Shown piece by piece: positions 45,106 to 55,114 of a DNA stretch of 64,000 bases. The notes under the pieces were generated by a model, which saw only the letters and a program-made list of their open reading frames with translations, made no database searches and was not told the DNA's origin. A program made the translations under genes and the position numbers. The number at the start of each line of letters is the position of its first letter. Positions within the stretch are counted from its first letter, which is position 1. The stretch is from assembly GCA_020343435.1 (NCBI GenBank), contig CP070794.1:126413-190412 (forward strand). Direction: 5' to 3'. This DNA comes from an archaeon (GTDB lineage Archaea > Nanobdellota > Nanobdellia > Pacearchaeales > UBA284).

Positions 45106-47454
45106 ATGGGAAAAAGAGTTAATTCAAAAATATTAATATTTGTTTTTGCAATAATCTTTACGATAGCAATCACAAGTTTTGTTTCTGCAAGCTGTATAGA
45201 TATGAAATTAGCAAGAGAATCTTATTTGCCCCAAGAAACACTCCAGTTAGAGATAGATGCTGAATTAACAAGAGATTTAACAACAAATGATTTATTTTTG
45301 TATAGGGGTTCTTCTTTATTACCAAATGTTTTTTTTATGACTAAACTAACAGAAACAAAATATTTTGTATGGACAGATTTACCAGGCACAGAAGGAGATT
45401 ATAAGTTAATGGTAAGAGGAGTTTGTGAGGGAGGTTTATCTTTTGCTGAAAAAGAGTTTCCAGTAGTTAAACCAATATCAACTCTTTATGAGTCTCTTCC
45501 TACAGAAAACTTCAACACACTAACATTAAATGAACATATAATTACTGCAGCAGCTCTTTCATTTAGGCCAGAAGCAATAAGCAATGCACAGAATGATTTT
45601 CTTGTTAGGGGAAATTCTTGTTTTAACCAGGAATGCACAACAAAACAATATGCTTTATCTGCACTTGCTTTCCCAACCATAAGAAATGATATGTTGGATA
45701 GATTAACTGCAGCACAAAATTCAAGATTAGGAAATTGGTCTTTAGTTGTAAATTCAGGATCAGATCAACAATGTGATCTGACAATAGGAGAACAAACAGA
45801 GCAAGTTGATATTAATACTGGAGAACAAACACTTGATCTTGATTTAAATTCAACATCAGAACAAATAAATGTTATTCTTAATTGTTCTAGTAGTACAATA
45901 ACTTCATTAAACTACCAATATAAAGAAACAGAAAAAGAGATTGGAATAGAAAATGGAGAATTAGTATCTTTTACAATTAATAATCAAAAATGTTGGGGGT
46001 CTGGGATAAAAACAACCTGTGATGAAGAATCCACAACTTTTGCAATAGTAGCTTTGAAGTATCTTGGAAAGACTCTTGAAAATGGAACTTCAGTATGGCT
46101 TAGCAATAATAATGATTTGATTATGGCAAAAGCCGCTCATTACTTATTAACTAAAAACAATGAAACAGCAACTGTTCTTTTAACAAGTCAGATGTTTAGT
46201 GGGGGATGGCCAAATCAATTAGGAAGTTATGTTACAGATATGATTACAACAAGCATAGTCTACTTCTCATTACAACAAGATTATCCAGAAGAACTAGAGA
46301 AAACAGAAGATAGATTAAAATCATTGTTCCCTTCCTCAAACCTGGAAGAAAAAGCTTATACTTTATTTTTTGTTTTCCCTTCAAACAAAATAGAACCAAT
46401 TAGCAGAGTTTGGCCAGGAATGGTGAAAACAGAGAGTAGGGGCAGTTTTTATCTTATCTTAGAAAATAAAGGAACAGAGAATATAACTGTTAATGGTTAT
46501 TTCATGAATTCTACAATTGAGATAAATCTTCCAATAAACTCTCTTAAAAGTTTAACCATATCCATCCCAAGAGTTGCAACCCCTGATGAAAGAGCTGTGA
46601 ATTATGATCTTGATCTGATCCAAAGAACGGAGTTTGGAGGAAGGAGAGACTACAAAATTCCGGTAGTTATTTTTACAGAACTTGGAGATGGGATTTCTGG
46701 ACAAACAAACACAAGTGAACAAGAGATAAATGAAACTCAACAACAAAATATAATTAATCAAACACAGAATGGTAGTTTAAATAATCAAACAACCAATATA
46801 ACTGAACCACTTTTACAAGATAAGTTTAGTTTTGTTGAAGAAGAAATAGAAGAAAATATTTCTGAGAGAACTAATTTCACAATAACTTTACACCTAGCTA
46901 ACCTATATAATGAAGCTGTAGAAGATATAAGAATAATTTCAAGTATAGGTTTGTTGGGAATTCTTAATATAAATCCTTCTTCATTAGAAAGAATGGAACC
47001 TAAAACAAGAGAAGAGATTAATCTATCAATAACCCCTCAATTTGGAGGAAGTTATATTGGAACAATAACTGCTGAAGGAAAATTGAATAATCAAAGAATT
47101 TTATCAAATATTTCTGTTTCTTTAATAGTAAACCTTGAAGGTAATGTAACTTGTGCTGAAATGAATGGTACAGATTGTAGTGAAGAGGGGTTTACATGTA
47201 AGGGGGATAGAGAAGTAATGGCTTCTGATACCTTTCATTGTTGTTTGGGCAAATGTGAAAAGGAGGGAGGATCTAACACATTAGCTATAATTATCATCAT
47301 AATAGTTATAATTATCTTATTACTAGTTGTGTTTGTTCTAAAAAAGAAACCTAAAAAAGATATGGGCGATGTTTTGGATGAAGTACAAAACAAATATCAA
47401 AGAAGATTTAAACCATCTCCAGAAATAGGTCCAAGAGGCACTGGAAGACTCTAG
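45106..47454 (+). CDS. Paralog of the preceding surface protein (alpha/alpha-toroid repeat ..QMFSGGWPNQLGSY.., C-terminal Cys cluster, TM anchor, basic tail)
   Basis: Same architecture and similar length (782 vs 781 aa); ..CAEMNGTDCSEEGFTCKGD..FHCCLGKCEKEGG.. then AIIIIIIVIIILLLVVFVLKKKPKK. Confidence 0.55.
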   Translation: MGKRVNSKILIFVFAIIFTIAITSFVSASCIDMKLARESYLPQETLQLEIDAELTRDLTTNDLFLYRGSSLLPNVFFMTKLTETKYFVWTDLPGTEGDYKLMVRGVCEGGLSFAEKEFPVVKPISTLYESLPTENFNTLTLNEHIITAAALSFRPEAISNAQNDFLVRGNSCFNQECTTKQYALSALAFPTIRNDMLDRLTAAQNSRLGNWSLVVNSGSDQQCDLTIGEQTEQVDINTGEQTLDLDLNSTSEQINVILNCSSSTITSLNYQYKETEKEIGIENGELVSFTINNQKCWGSGIKTTCDEESTTFAIVALKYLGKTLENGTSVWLSNNNDLIMAKAAHYLLTKNNETATVLLTSQMFSGGWPNQLGSYVTDMITTSIVYFSLQQDYPEELEKTEDRLKSLFPSSNLEEKAYTLFFVFPSNKIEPISRVWPGMVKTESRGSFYLILENKGTENITVNGYFMNSTIEINLPINSLKSLTISIPRVATPDERAVNYDLDLIQRTEFGGRRDYKIPVVIFTELGDGISGQTNTSEQEINETQQQNIINQTQNGSLNNQTTNITEPLLQDKFSFVEEEIEENISERTNFTITLHLANLYNEAVEDIRIISSIGLLGILNINPSSLERMEPKTREEINLSITPQFGGSYIGTITAEGKLNNQRILSNISVSLIVNLEGNVTCAEMNGTDCSEEGFTCKGDREVMASDTFHCCLGKCEKEGGSNTLAIIIIIIVIIILLLVVFVLKKKPKKDMGDVLDEVQNKYQRRFKPSPEIGPRGTGRL

Positions 47455-47903
47455 GATTTCTTATCCTGTGTTTCTTTTATTTTGTTCTTTAATGCTTCTC
47501 TTTGAGCAATCAAAGTTCTTGTTAACATATTAAGTTTATGTAATCTCATAGAAAGATCATTGAGAAGACCATTGGCATCACTTAAATTAAATTTTAGATT
47601 TTTGGGGTGTAAGATCTCTACAGAAGAAGGCATATAATCAAATATTATTTCCATAACCCTGGCCATATTAACAGTTACAACTTCTACTTCTGCGAAACTT
47701 GAAAACATTTCCTCAGAGTCTTTTGCTGGTTTTGCTTCATGAGATTTAGATTTTACAATATTAACATTCTTTTCTTCACCTAATTTTTTTATTATTGTAT
47801 TCAAGACATCTGTGATATGTTCTTTAGGTTTACCAATTATCTCAAACAACATGTAAACATGTAACCATCCTTTTGCTAACTTATCTTTCAATTCATCTTC
47901 CAT
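47451..47903 (-). CDS. Hypothetical cytoplasmic protein (150 aa)
   Basis: No signal peptide or TM helix; acidic and helical. No family recognised. Confidence 0.35.
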   Translation of the reverse strand: MEDELKDKLAKGWLHVYMLFEIIGKPKEHITDVLNTIIKKLGEEKNVNIVKSKSHEAKPAKDSEEMFSSFAEVEVVTVNMARVMEIIFDYMPSSVEILHPKNLKFNLSDANGLLNDLSMRLHKLNMLTRTLIAQREALKNKIKETQDKKS

Positions 47904-47927
47904 TTTGATCTTACAGATTAAGGTTAT

Positions 47928-49346
47928 TTAAATTTTTTTGATGATTAAATATATAGTTAAAAGTAAACAAATAGTTACAAAAAAATAGGGTAGTATGTTA
48001 AGAACTCCTGAACTTTTATCAGAAACGGCAGATCCTGTGATTGGAGACCGGTACTCTTCATTTTGAGTTTGGGGATTTGTAGAGATAGACTCTTGTTCTT
48101 CTTCATTAAACAATTCTTGAGAGTCTCCCTTTATTTCCTCCACGGTTTGTTCATGACATGAATCAAGATTTATTGAATCTTTGTCTTTTTCCCCAAGTCC
48201 TTCCACAATAATATAATATTTTCCGCTTTCTTCTTTACATTTAAGGTTTATCAAAAAAGATCCTTCATATTCAACATACTTTGACCTAAGATGTATTTTT
48301 GATTCATCACTAACTTTCTTTTCATCAGCATCTTCTACATAAGCTTTAATAGAATATTTTGATGTATCTCCTTTATAGATTTCAACTTCTATTTCAATGG
48401 TCTCCCCAAACTTGGCTGAATTGGGAGATTTGCTAATTTTAATTGTAGACTCTCCTTCCCTTTCTTCTTCAGAAGCAGAATCACAAATAACAGAGATATA
48501 TTCTGCATCAAAATCTGTATAACTAGTGGTGTTTGTTTTTCTTAGTCTTGGCATTAATATTGCTTCTCCTGAAAAGTTTTCTATTTTAAAAGTTAGGGTA
48601 GATTCTCCATAATTCATTGAAGAATTCAAAGCATTTAGAACATAAGACATAGTAGATAACCATTTAGAACCATCCCAAACTCTACCAACACGCTTATCTT
48701 CATCTAAAGATTTTATATCCACCTTAACATCAAACAAGGAATCTTGAAGATTAAATGTTTTAAAAGTTATTTGAAAACTTTCTCCACAATTAACTTCTGA
48801 AGGATAAGTTAATTCTATTCTTTCTGGTTCTGGAACATAAATAGAACAATTATTCCAAGACCCAGGAGTTGGAGAACATTCTTTCCATGAAGAATTATAA
48901 AAACTCCAAGAATCCCCAGAACTTTTGATTGAAGAATTCCAAGAAAAATCACTAATTAAGATATCTTGATCATCAAAAAGAAAAATAGATTCTTCAGAAT
49001 CTTTTAACCCATTCCCAATAGTTGTAAGTTCAAAACAAGAGACATTAATTTCAGAACATCCTGTCTCATTGTTTACATTTGAATCCACAATTAAAATAAA
49101 TGAATTTGGTAGGATTGTTAAGTTAAAAGAATCGTTACTATTAAGATCTCCCACTTTCCAATTTGTTAAATTAACTGTGAAACTTCCAGAATTATAGATT
49201 TCTACCCACTCGTCTTCCATACTGTTGTTTGAATGAGGCATAATTTCATTAAGATAAATCTCTGCAGAAACAAGGTTACAAAACAAGAATAAAAATATCA
49301 GAATTAATGTTAGTTTACCTCCAGACCCCAGGAATTTTTTCACCAC
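47928..49346 (-). CDS. Secreted lamin-tail-domain (LTD) protein with C-terminal TM anchor
   Basis: Signal peptide; ..EIYLNEIMPHSNNSMEDEWVEIYNSGSFTVNLTNWKV.. is the LTD signature (yINEimpnp...EwiElyN...L.gW.l). C-terminal TM LNILPYFFVTICLLLTIYLII. Confidence 0.6.
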   Translation of the reverse strand: MVKKFLGSGGKLTLILIFLFLFCNLVSAEIYLNEIMPHSNNSMEDEWVEIYNSGSFTVNLTNWKVGDLNSNDSFNLTILPNSFILIVDSNVNNETGCSEINVSCFELTTIGNGLKDSEESIFLFDDQDILISDFSWNSSIKSSGDSWSFYNSSWKECSPTPGSWNNCSIYVPEPERIELTYPSEVNCGESFQITFKTFNLQDSLFDVKVDIKSLDEDKRVGRVWDGSKWLSTMSYVLNALNSSMNYGESTLTFKIENFSGEAILMPRLRKTNTTSYTDFDAEYISVICDSASEEEREGESTIKISKSPNSAKFGETIEIEVEIYKGDTSKYSIKAYVEDADEKKVSDESKIHLRSKYVEYEGSFLINLKCKEESGKYYIIVEGLGEKDKDSINLDSCHEQTVEEIKGDSQELFNEEEQESISTNPQTQNEEYRSPITGSAVSDKSSGVLNILPYFFVTICLLLTIYLIIKKI

Positions 49347-50319
49347 ACTTACATCCTCCTTTTTTCAATTTCTTTTTAATAAGATTAAAAGTTTGTCTTA
49401 CTAATAATGCTTCATTACATCTTGGACAAAAAGTTGTTGAACCTTGAACATCTCTAACATTTCCTGTATAAACATACTTTAATCCTTTAGATTTTGCAAT
49501 AATTCTTGCTTTTGTTAAGATTGCTGGATCTGTTGATTGGATATTGGTTAGTTTGTAACATGGATAAAAAGCAGAAAAATGTAATGGAACATCCTCCCCC
49601 AAATTATTTTTTACCCATTCTATTCTTTTTTTAATTTCTTCATCAGAATCATTATATCCTGGGATAATCAAGTTAGTTATCTCTAACCAAACTTTAGATT
49701 CATGTAAAAGTTTTATGGTCTTAAGAACAGAATCCAAATTCCCACCACAAACTTCTTCATAAAATTTTGCATTACCTTTTAGATCTATGTTTGCTGCTTT
49801 AATATGTGAAATTAATTTTTTTAAAGGTTTTTTATTTATGAAACCATTACTAACAATTGTACATTTTATTCTTGCTTTTTTAGCTAACTTAGCAATGTCT
49901 AACATATATTCATAAAAAACAGTTGGTTCTGTGTATGTAAAGGATATTATTCTAATCTTTTTCTTTTTACAAGTTTCAATAACCTCTTCAGGAGTTAAAG
50001 TTAGTGTATTAATTTTCTCAGGATCAACTTGACTTATAGTATAATTCTGACAATGTAGACAGGATAGATTACATCCTGCTGTTGCGATGCTTAATGCTTC
50101 TTTTCCAGGTAAAAAATGATAAAAAGGTTTCTTTTCAATAGGATCTGTTGCAACAGAACAAGGCTTATTATAAACTAAAGATATTAATTTTCCTTTTTTA
50201 TTTAACCTAACTCTGCACTTACCTTTCTCTCCAGAATTAATTGTACAGAAATGGGGACATAGTTGACACTGGACAGAATTATTCTTTAATTTTTTGTAAA
50301 ATAATGCCTCTTTTTCCAT
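49315..50319 (-). CDS. Radical SAM enzyme, AmmeMemoRadiSam-system / PFL-activase-like family
   Basis: ..CQLCPHFCTINSGEKGKCRVRLNKKGKLISLVYNKPCSVATDPIEKKPFYHFLPG.. N-terminal signature and radical-SAM CxxxCxxC (ATAGCNLSCLHCQN). Confidence 0.75.
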   Translation of the reverse strand: MEKEALFYKKLKNNSVQCQLCPHFCTINSGEKGKCRVRLNKKGKLISLVYNKPCSVATDPIEKKPFYHFLPGKEALSIATAGCNLSCLHCQNYTISQVDPEKINTLTLTPEEVIETCKKKKIRIISFTYTEPTVFYEYMLDIAKLAKKARIKCTIVSNGFINKKPLKKLISHIKAANIDLKGNAKFYEEVCGGNLDSVLKTIKLLHESKVWLEITNLIIPGYNDSDEEIKKRIEWVKNNLGEDVPLHFSAFYPCYKLTNIQSTDPAILTKARIIAKSKGLKYVYTGNVRDVQGSTTFCPRCNEALLVRQTFNLIKKKLKKGGCKCGEKIPGVWR

Positions 50320-50395
50320 GATGTTTTAATAGATATGAAAGTTATAAATTTTCCTAATCATAAGCTTTTTATAGGGTTATTTTCTAGATAAACCT

Positions 50396-50704
50396 ATGGC
50401 ACACACAAGGATTAAGCTTGCCAGCATAAACATAGGTAAGCTTAACGAGATAATAGAAGCAGTTAAAGATATAGCTTCTAAAAGCGGAGTAGTTATACGT
50501 GGACCTATACCTCTTCCAACAAAAAAGTTGAAAGTAACTACAAGAAAAAGTCCTTGTGGTGATGGAAAAGCTTCTTTTGATAGATATGAAATGAGAGTTC
50601 ATAAAAGGTTAATAGATTTACCAGCAGATGAAAGAGTTCTACATAGTATTATGAGATTACCAATACCTAAAGAAGTTAATGTAGAAATAGAGATGCTTGA
50701 GTAA
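50396..50704 (+). CDS. rps10: Ribosomal protein S10 (uS10)
   Basis: ..GPIPLPTKKLKVTTRKSPCGDGKASFDRYEMRVHKRLIDL.ADER.. matches uS10 almost position-for-position. Confidence 0.9.
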   Translation: MAHTRIKLASINIGKLNEIIEAVKDIASKSGVVIRGPIPLPTKKLKVTTRKSPCGDGKASFDRYEMRVHKRLIDLPADERVLHSIMRLPIPKEVNVEIEMLE

Positions 50705-51616
50705 TTAAGGTAAAAGAGTCATAGTCTTTGTTGTACTTTCTTTATATTTGTAACTTAAAACAATTTCTATAGGAGAAATATGTGTACTTTCTCCAGTAGC
50801 TAATGTTTTCTCACAACTTACAAGATATCCCAATTGTACACTCCCTTCTAAACCAGCAATAGAATTATATGGTTCCTCTCCTGATTGAATATTACATGCA
50901 AATCCTTGATCTGTTCTGATGAGAATATTAACTCTGTTTCTCTTTAATTGTTCATTAATATCTTCTTGTTCTATTTTATCACAATCTGAATTTAATAGAT
51001 AAACTTCTCCGGTACCCAAGTTAGATATCTTAAAAGAAACAGTAAGTTTATTTCCAACCAATTGCTCTGTTAATTCTTCTATTTGGATTGGTGCTGCAGT
51101 GTTACTATCAGAATCTATTTTATTTCCTTCTAAGGAACATACACTTCCACTTTCACCAACACAAATACTTGTTTGGGTAAAGCTAGCATAATCATAACAA
51201 GAAGTTAATTTCATAGTTAAGTTAAAAGGTTGTGGTAACTGTTGAGCTGCTTGAGCTTCTCTTGCAAAAGTTAAAACTTCAGATCCTCCAAGTTGGGTCT
51301 CTGTTTTTTTAACTAGAACATTTGTATTAATTAATTTGCTTTGAACACCAATTAAATTTTGACCTATTCCTGTTAAATAAAAAGTTGCTGCTCCTGCAGG
51401 GATATCATATCCTCCCAAATTCTGAGCTTCAACATAAATTGGAAAACTTATCCCATAATTAATTTCTGAAGGAGGAGCATTATCTATAAACATAGTCAAC
51501 AACCCAGAACTATCAAAAGTTGTTTCTCCATCTCCACAACTTGTAATTGCTCCCATCACAAATAATCCGAGAGTGACAAGTACTATTAACATAAAGATAC
51601 TTATTTTATCTTTCAT
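50705..51616 (-). CDS. Secreted hypothetical protein (signal peptide, Cys after the signal)
   Basis: MKDKISIFMLIVLVTLGLFVMGAITSCGDG..; beta-rich. Last gene of a three-gene secretory operon. Confidence 0.4.
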   Translation of the reverse strand: MKDKISIFMLIVLVTLGLFVMGAITSCGDGETTFDSSGLLTMFIDNAPPSEINYGISFPIYVEAQNLGGYDIPAGAATFYLTGIGQNLIGVQSKLINTNVLVKKTETQLGGSEVLTFAREAQAAQQLPQPFNLTMKLTSCYDYASFTQTSICVGESGSVCSLEGNKIDSDSNTAAPIQIEELTEQLVGNKLTVSFKISNLGTGEVYLLNSDCDKIEQEDINEQLKRNRVNILIRTDQGFACNIQSGEEPYNSIAGLEGSVQLGYLVSCEKTLATGESTHISPIEIVLSYKYKESTTKTMTLLP

Positions 51617-51709
51617 TGTTACCTCTTTATTTCTTCCTCTTTTTTCTCTTTTTCTTTTTACAAGCCATTTTATACATTAATTTAGTTTTTTGTCTTTTTA
51701 AAAGTTTCT

Positions 51710-52621
51710 TTAATCTCGTTCTGTTTTTATATTAAATCCAAATTTTTTCTCAAGTTGAACTCCATAAGCTAAACTAACTACTAAAGGAAAACTTTGTTCC
51801 TGTCTATTAAAGATTGTTGTGGAACATTTTACTTTTCTAATATCTTCTAATTCTATTACTCCTCCTTCAATAGGATCTCCTGAAACAGTACACTGTAAAG
51901 TCAAAGGAATTAAACTTATATGAAATTGTGTGAAGTTTCCTCTTGAAAAATCGGGTAAAAATATTTGTCCTACAGTTTGTTTAATTAAATCAATATCTAA
52001 ATCAAGTTTATATCCATCAGTTCTTGGATGTATTGTTTTTGTTGCACTAACTCTAACTGCTGCAGGATCTTGTCCCATAACTGGTTGCTCTGTTCCAGGA
52101 CTTGTTACAGTTGCTGTTGCTTGAGTCATTTCATTATATTGTAAAGAAACAAAGAGATTTGCAGTATATGGCCTTGCCATCTCAGGCATTCCATTGTAGA
52201 AATATTCTGTTTGTTGTGGAAAGAAAATCTCAACAGTTCCAGGACTTATTCCTCCTGAAGAACCTGTTAACCCCAAAAATCCTCCACTGCTCTCCTCCCT
52301 TTCACCAGCCCTAACCACAAAAGGTTGACACTCTCCAAAACCACTTGAACGTATTCCTGCAAAACTATCATCTATGTCATCCCTTATACAAATGGTCCCA
52401 GTTCTTTCCTCCAAATCATAGTTCTCTATCTTTACACCAACATAAAAAATATCTCCTTGTTGTAATAAACTTCCCATGTTCAAGAAATTGGGTCTAGAAA
52501 TTAAAACAAAATCTATTCCTGTTCTTGAAGCATCGCTAGTTCCACATCCAGCTTCTTGTGCTGATGAGAACACAAATAATGCAAGTAATGCAATGATAAT
52601 TAAAATCTTTTCAATTTTCAT
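51710..52621 (-). CDS. Secreted hypothetical protein
   Basis: MKIEKILIIIALLALFVFSSAQEAGCG..; same size (303 aa) and similar N-terminal layout as the downstream gene. Confidence 0.4.
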   Translation of the reverse strand: MKIEKILIIIALLALFVFSSAQEAGCGTSDASRTGIDFVLISRPNFLNMGSLLQQGDIFYVGVKIENYDLEERTGTICIRDDIDDSFAGIRSSGFGECQPFVVRAGEREESSGGFLGLTGSSGGISPGTVEIFFPQQTEYFYNGMPEMARPYTANLFVSLQYNEMTQATATVTSPGTEQPVMGQDPAAVRVSATKTIHPRTDGYKLDLDIDLIKQTVGQIFLPDFSRGNFTQFHISLIPLTLQCTVSGDPIEGGVIELEDIRKVKCSTTIFNRQEQSFPLVVSLAYGVQLEKKFGFNIKTERD

Positions 52622-54090
52622 TGTCCTGGAGTAAGGAAGTCTGGTGTTGTCTCTCCAGGTTGTGGAAGAGAGATCTCCTCACCAGGATATCCTTCAGAGT
52701 GTGGTTTAAGTATTGGAGCATCATATTTTGAAACAACATCATAATATGCTTCTATATTTATTGGAGCAAGAGTTGCTTGCACTGGTGCTGACCTCACATA
52801 AATAGAACAAGGGAAGGTATATATTTCTTCCTCATCATTACTATAATATCTGCTTGAATTTTTTAGAACTCCTGCATCAACATTAAACATGTTTAAGGTT
52901 TGTCCAACAGCATCAAAAGCTTCTCCGCAACCTGCAAGAATCGAATCTGGAAACTCTATTCTAATTTCTTTAATAAACTTTAATTCAGTATCTTCATCTA
53001 TTCTTTTTATAGCTAATGAAGCATCATAGGTGTGGCCTTCTTCAAAAGGCATATCATTAAAGGAGTATAAAGCAATAGAGTATGGGGCATTATAAGCTAA
53101 AATTGTTTTTGTTCTTCCCATATTTGGTTCTGAGCCAATATAAACTGGCCAATTTCCAGTTAATCTCACAGGTCTCTCAAATTCCACAAGTACTTTATCA
53201 AAATAAGTATTATGTTGTCCCTCCAGATGAGAGATATCCCCAAAACATCTAAAGCTAGTGTGCATATCCTCTCCACTTAGTGGGAATATGAATTTGTCTC
53301 CTGAAGCATATTTTCCCATGTGTTTTACTTTTAAGGTCTCCTTCTTTTTCTCTCCCAGATAACATTTCGGTGTTATCTCTAATTCTGTTAATTCTGGATT
53401 TTTTACTGTAACTGAAACTAAAACATTGACTTCATCTCGCAGGATGCGCTGATCCGAAAATTCCACATCAATATTCAGCAGTTCTAGAGGATTAATTCTT
53501 TCAGCTTCATCCCATTGTATGAAAAATGGACAACGCGCATCAGCATAGAAACAATACTTGAACTTTTCTAATTCATCAAAAACATCATCAATTTTTTCTC
53601 TTATCGGAGCAAAAGCGAAATTAGCATACTCTCCAACAGGGCCAGTTGTTGCAATAAAAACCATCCAAAGAGTAAAACCTATTGCTACCCCAATAATTCC
53701 AAAGATAATCATTTGTTTTAGTCTTATTGGAATATTGATGAAATAATAAGCAAAACCTCCAACAAAGAACGCCCCAAATCCCAATCCTGCAAAAACTACA
53801 AAAAATAAGAAACTTCCATAAAGTCCTGCAAATCCAAAAGTAAATACAGGATATAAACTCAAAAGAAAAGCTAAAACCAGACCGATAATAAGACCTAATA
53901 AACCAGATTTCCAAGCCTGGCCTAAAGAATCTTTGAAAGTTAATCCTTTTTCATACTCCCATTTAGAACCCAAACCAAAAGCTGCAAGAACTGCTCCAAA
54001 ACCACCTACTAAAATTATCAACCAGATTATAGGGTCAATACCCCAGTAATATGCCATCTTATCTCTTTTTATAAAAAAGGGATTTAACAA
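52618..54090 (-). CDS. Polytopic membrane protein with a large extracytoplasmic C-terminal domain
   Basis: At least 6 hydrophobic helices in the first 150 aa, then a soluble domain. It overlaps the next gene by 4 nt. Confidence 0.4.
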   Translation of the reverse strand: MLNPFFIKRDKMAYYWGIDPIIWLIILVGGFGAVLAAFGLGSKWEYEKGLTFKDSLGQAWKSGLLGLIIGLVLAFLLSLYPVFTFGFAGLYGSFLFFVVFAGLGFGAFFVGGFAYYFINIPIRLKQMIIFGIIGVAIGFTLWMVFIATTGPVGEYANFAFAPIREKIDDVFDELEKFKYCFYADARCPFFIQWDEAERINPLELLNIDVEFSDQRILRDEVNVLVSVTVKNPELTELEITPKCYLGEKKKETLKVKHMGKYASGDKFIFPLSGEDMHTSFRCFGDISHLEGQHNTYFDKVLVEFERPVRLTGNWPVYIGSEPNMGRTKTILAYNAPYSIALYSFNDMPFEEGHTYDASLAIKRIDEDTELKFIKEIRIEFPDSILAGCGEAFDAVGQTLNMFNVDAGVLKNSSRYYSNDEEEIYTFPCSIYVRSAPVQATLAPINIEAYYDVVSKYDAPILKPHSEGYPGEEISLPQPGETTPDFLTPGQ

Positions 54091-54247
54091 TATATAAAAC
54101 TTTTTAAAAAACGATGTTTTAAATAAAGAATGGAATATGCCTGTTCATCTCAGAGAAAATCAAAAAAACAAGTAAGAAAGAAAAGAAAATATAATCCTTA
54201 TAGAAGGGGCGGTCCTCAAAGAACTAAAAAAATAAAAAAGAAGTGAA

Positions 54248-55114
54248 ATGTTAGATATTTTAACAGCAGATATTATTCTTACAGTAATAGCAATAGTCTG
54301 GTTAATAGCTGCATCAGTAACAGATATTAAAAAAAGAGAGGTAGCAGATTGGATAAGTTACAGTTTAATTGCTATTGCATTGGCAACTAAAATTATGGTT
54401 TCTGTATTATCTTCAGATTTTTCATATCTATATTATAGTTTGATTGGTTTGGGGATATTTTTTGGATTAGCAATGGCGCTTTACTACTCAAGAATTTTTG
54501 GAGGAGGAGATGCTAAATTATTGATGGCATTGGGTGCTTGCTTTGCTGTAAAACCAGTTTTTGCAAAAGTGATGAGTTTTGGTTTTATTTATAATGAACC
54601 ATTCTTACTAACTTTAATAATTAATATGTTATTTATTGGGGCAATTTATGGAATAGTGTTCTCAATTATTAACGGATTAAGAAACAAAAAAGGTTTCTCA
54701 AGAACTTATAAAGAAAATTCAAAGAAGAATTATAAAATATTTTATTTTGCTTTAGCAATAATTTTGTTTGTATTTGCTTTGATAACAAAGACTTATAACT
54801 TGATTATTTTGGCAGTAATATTTGCAGTTCTTCCTTATATTTTCACAGCAGTAAAATCTTCTGAACAATTAATGATCAAATTAAAATCTGGAAAAGATCT
54901 GAGTGAAGGAGATTGGTTGGCTAAACCCATTAAAATAAAAAATAAAAATCTTAAAATAACTGCTGATGGTTTAAGTAAGGAAGATATAAAACTAATAACA
55001 AAATCAAAAAAGAAAGTTTATATCAAAGATGGGATTCCTTTTGTTCCAGCGATATTAGTAGCATTAATAATTAGTTTATTTGTAGGAAATATTTTACTGT
55101 TACTCATAGCTTAA
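54248..55114 (+). CDS. Type IV prepilin / preflagellin peptidase (A24 family; PibD/FlaK/EppA-like)
   Basis: Catalytic Asp motifs ..SVTDIKKREVADWIS.. and ..IFGGGDAKLLMALG.. (the GGGD motif) in a polytopic membrane protein. Confidence 0.75.
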   Translation: MLDILTADIILTVIAIVWLIAASVTDIKKREVADWISYSLIAIALATKIMVSVLSSDFSYLYYSLIGLGIFFGLAMALYYSRIFGGGDAKLLMALGACFAVKPVFAKVMSFGFIYNEPFLLTLIINMLFIGAIYGIVFSIINGLRNKKGFSRTYKENSKKNYKIFYFALAIILFVFALITKTYNLIILAVIFAVLPYIFTAVKSSEQLMIKLKSGKDLSEGDWLAKPIKIKNKNLKITADGLSKEDIKLITKSKKKVYIKDGIPFVPAILVALIISLFVGNILLLLIA

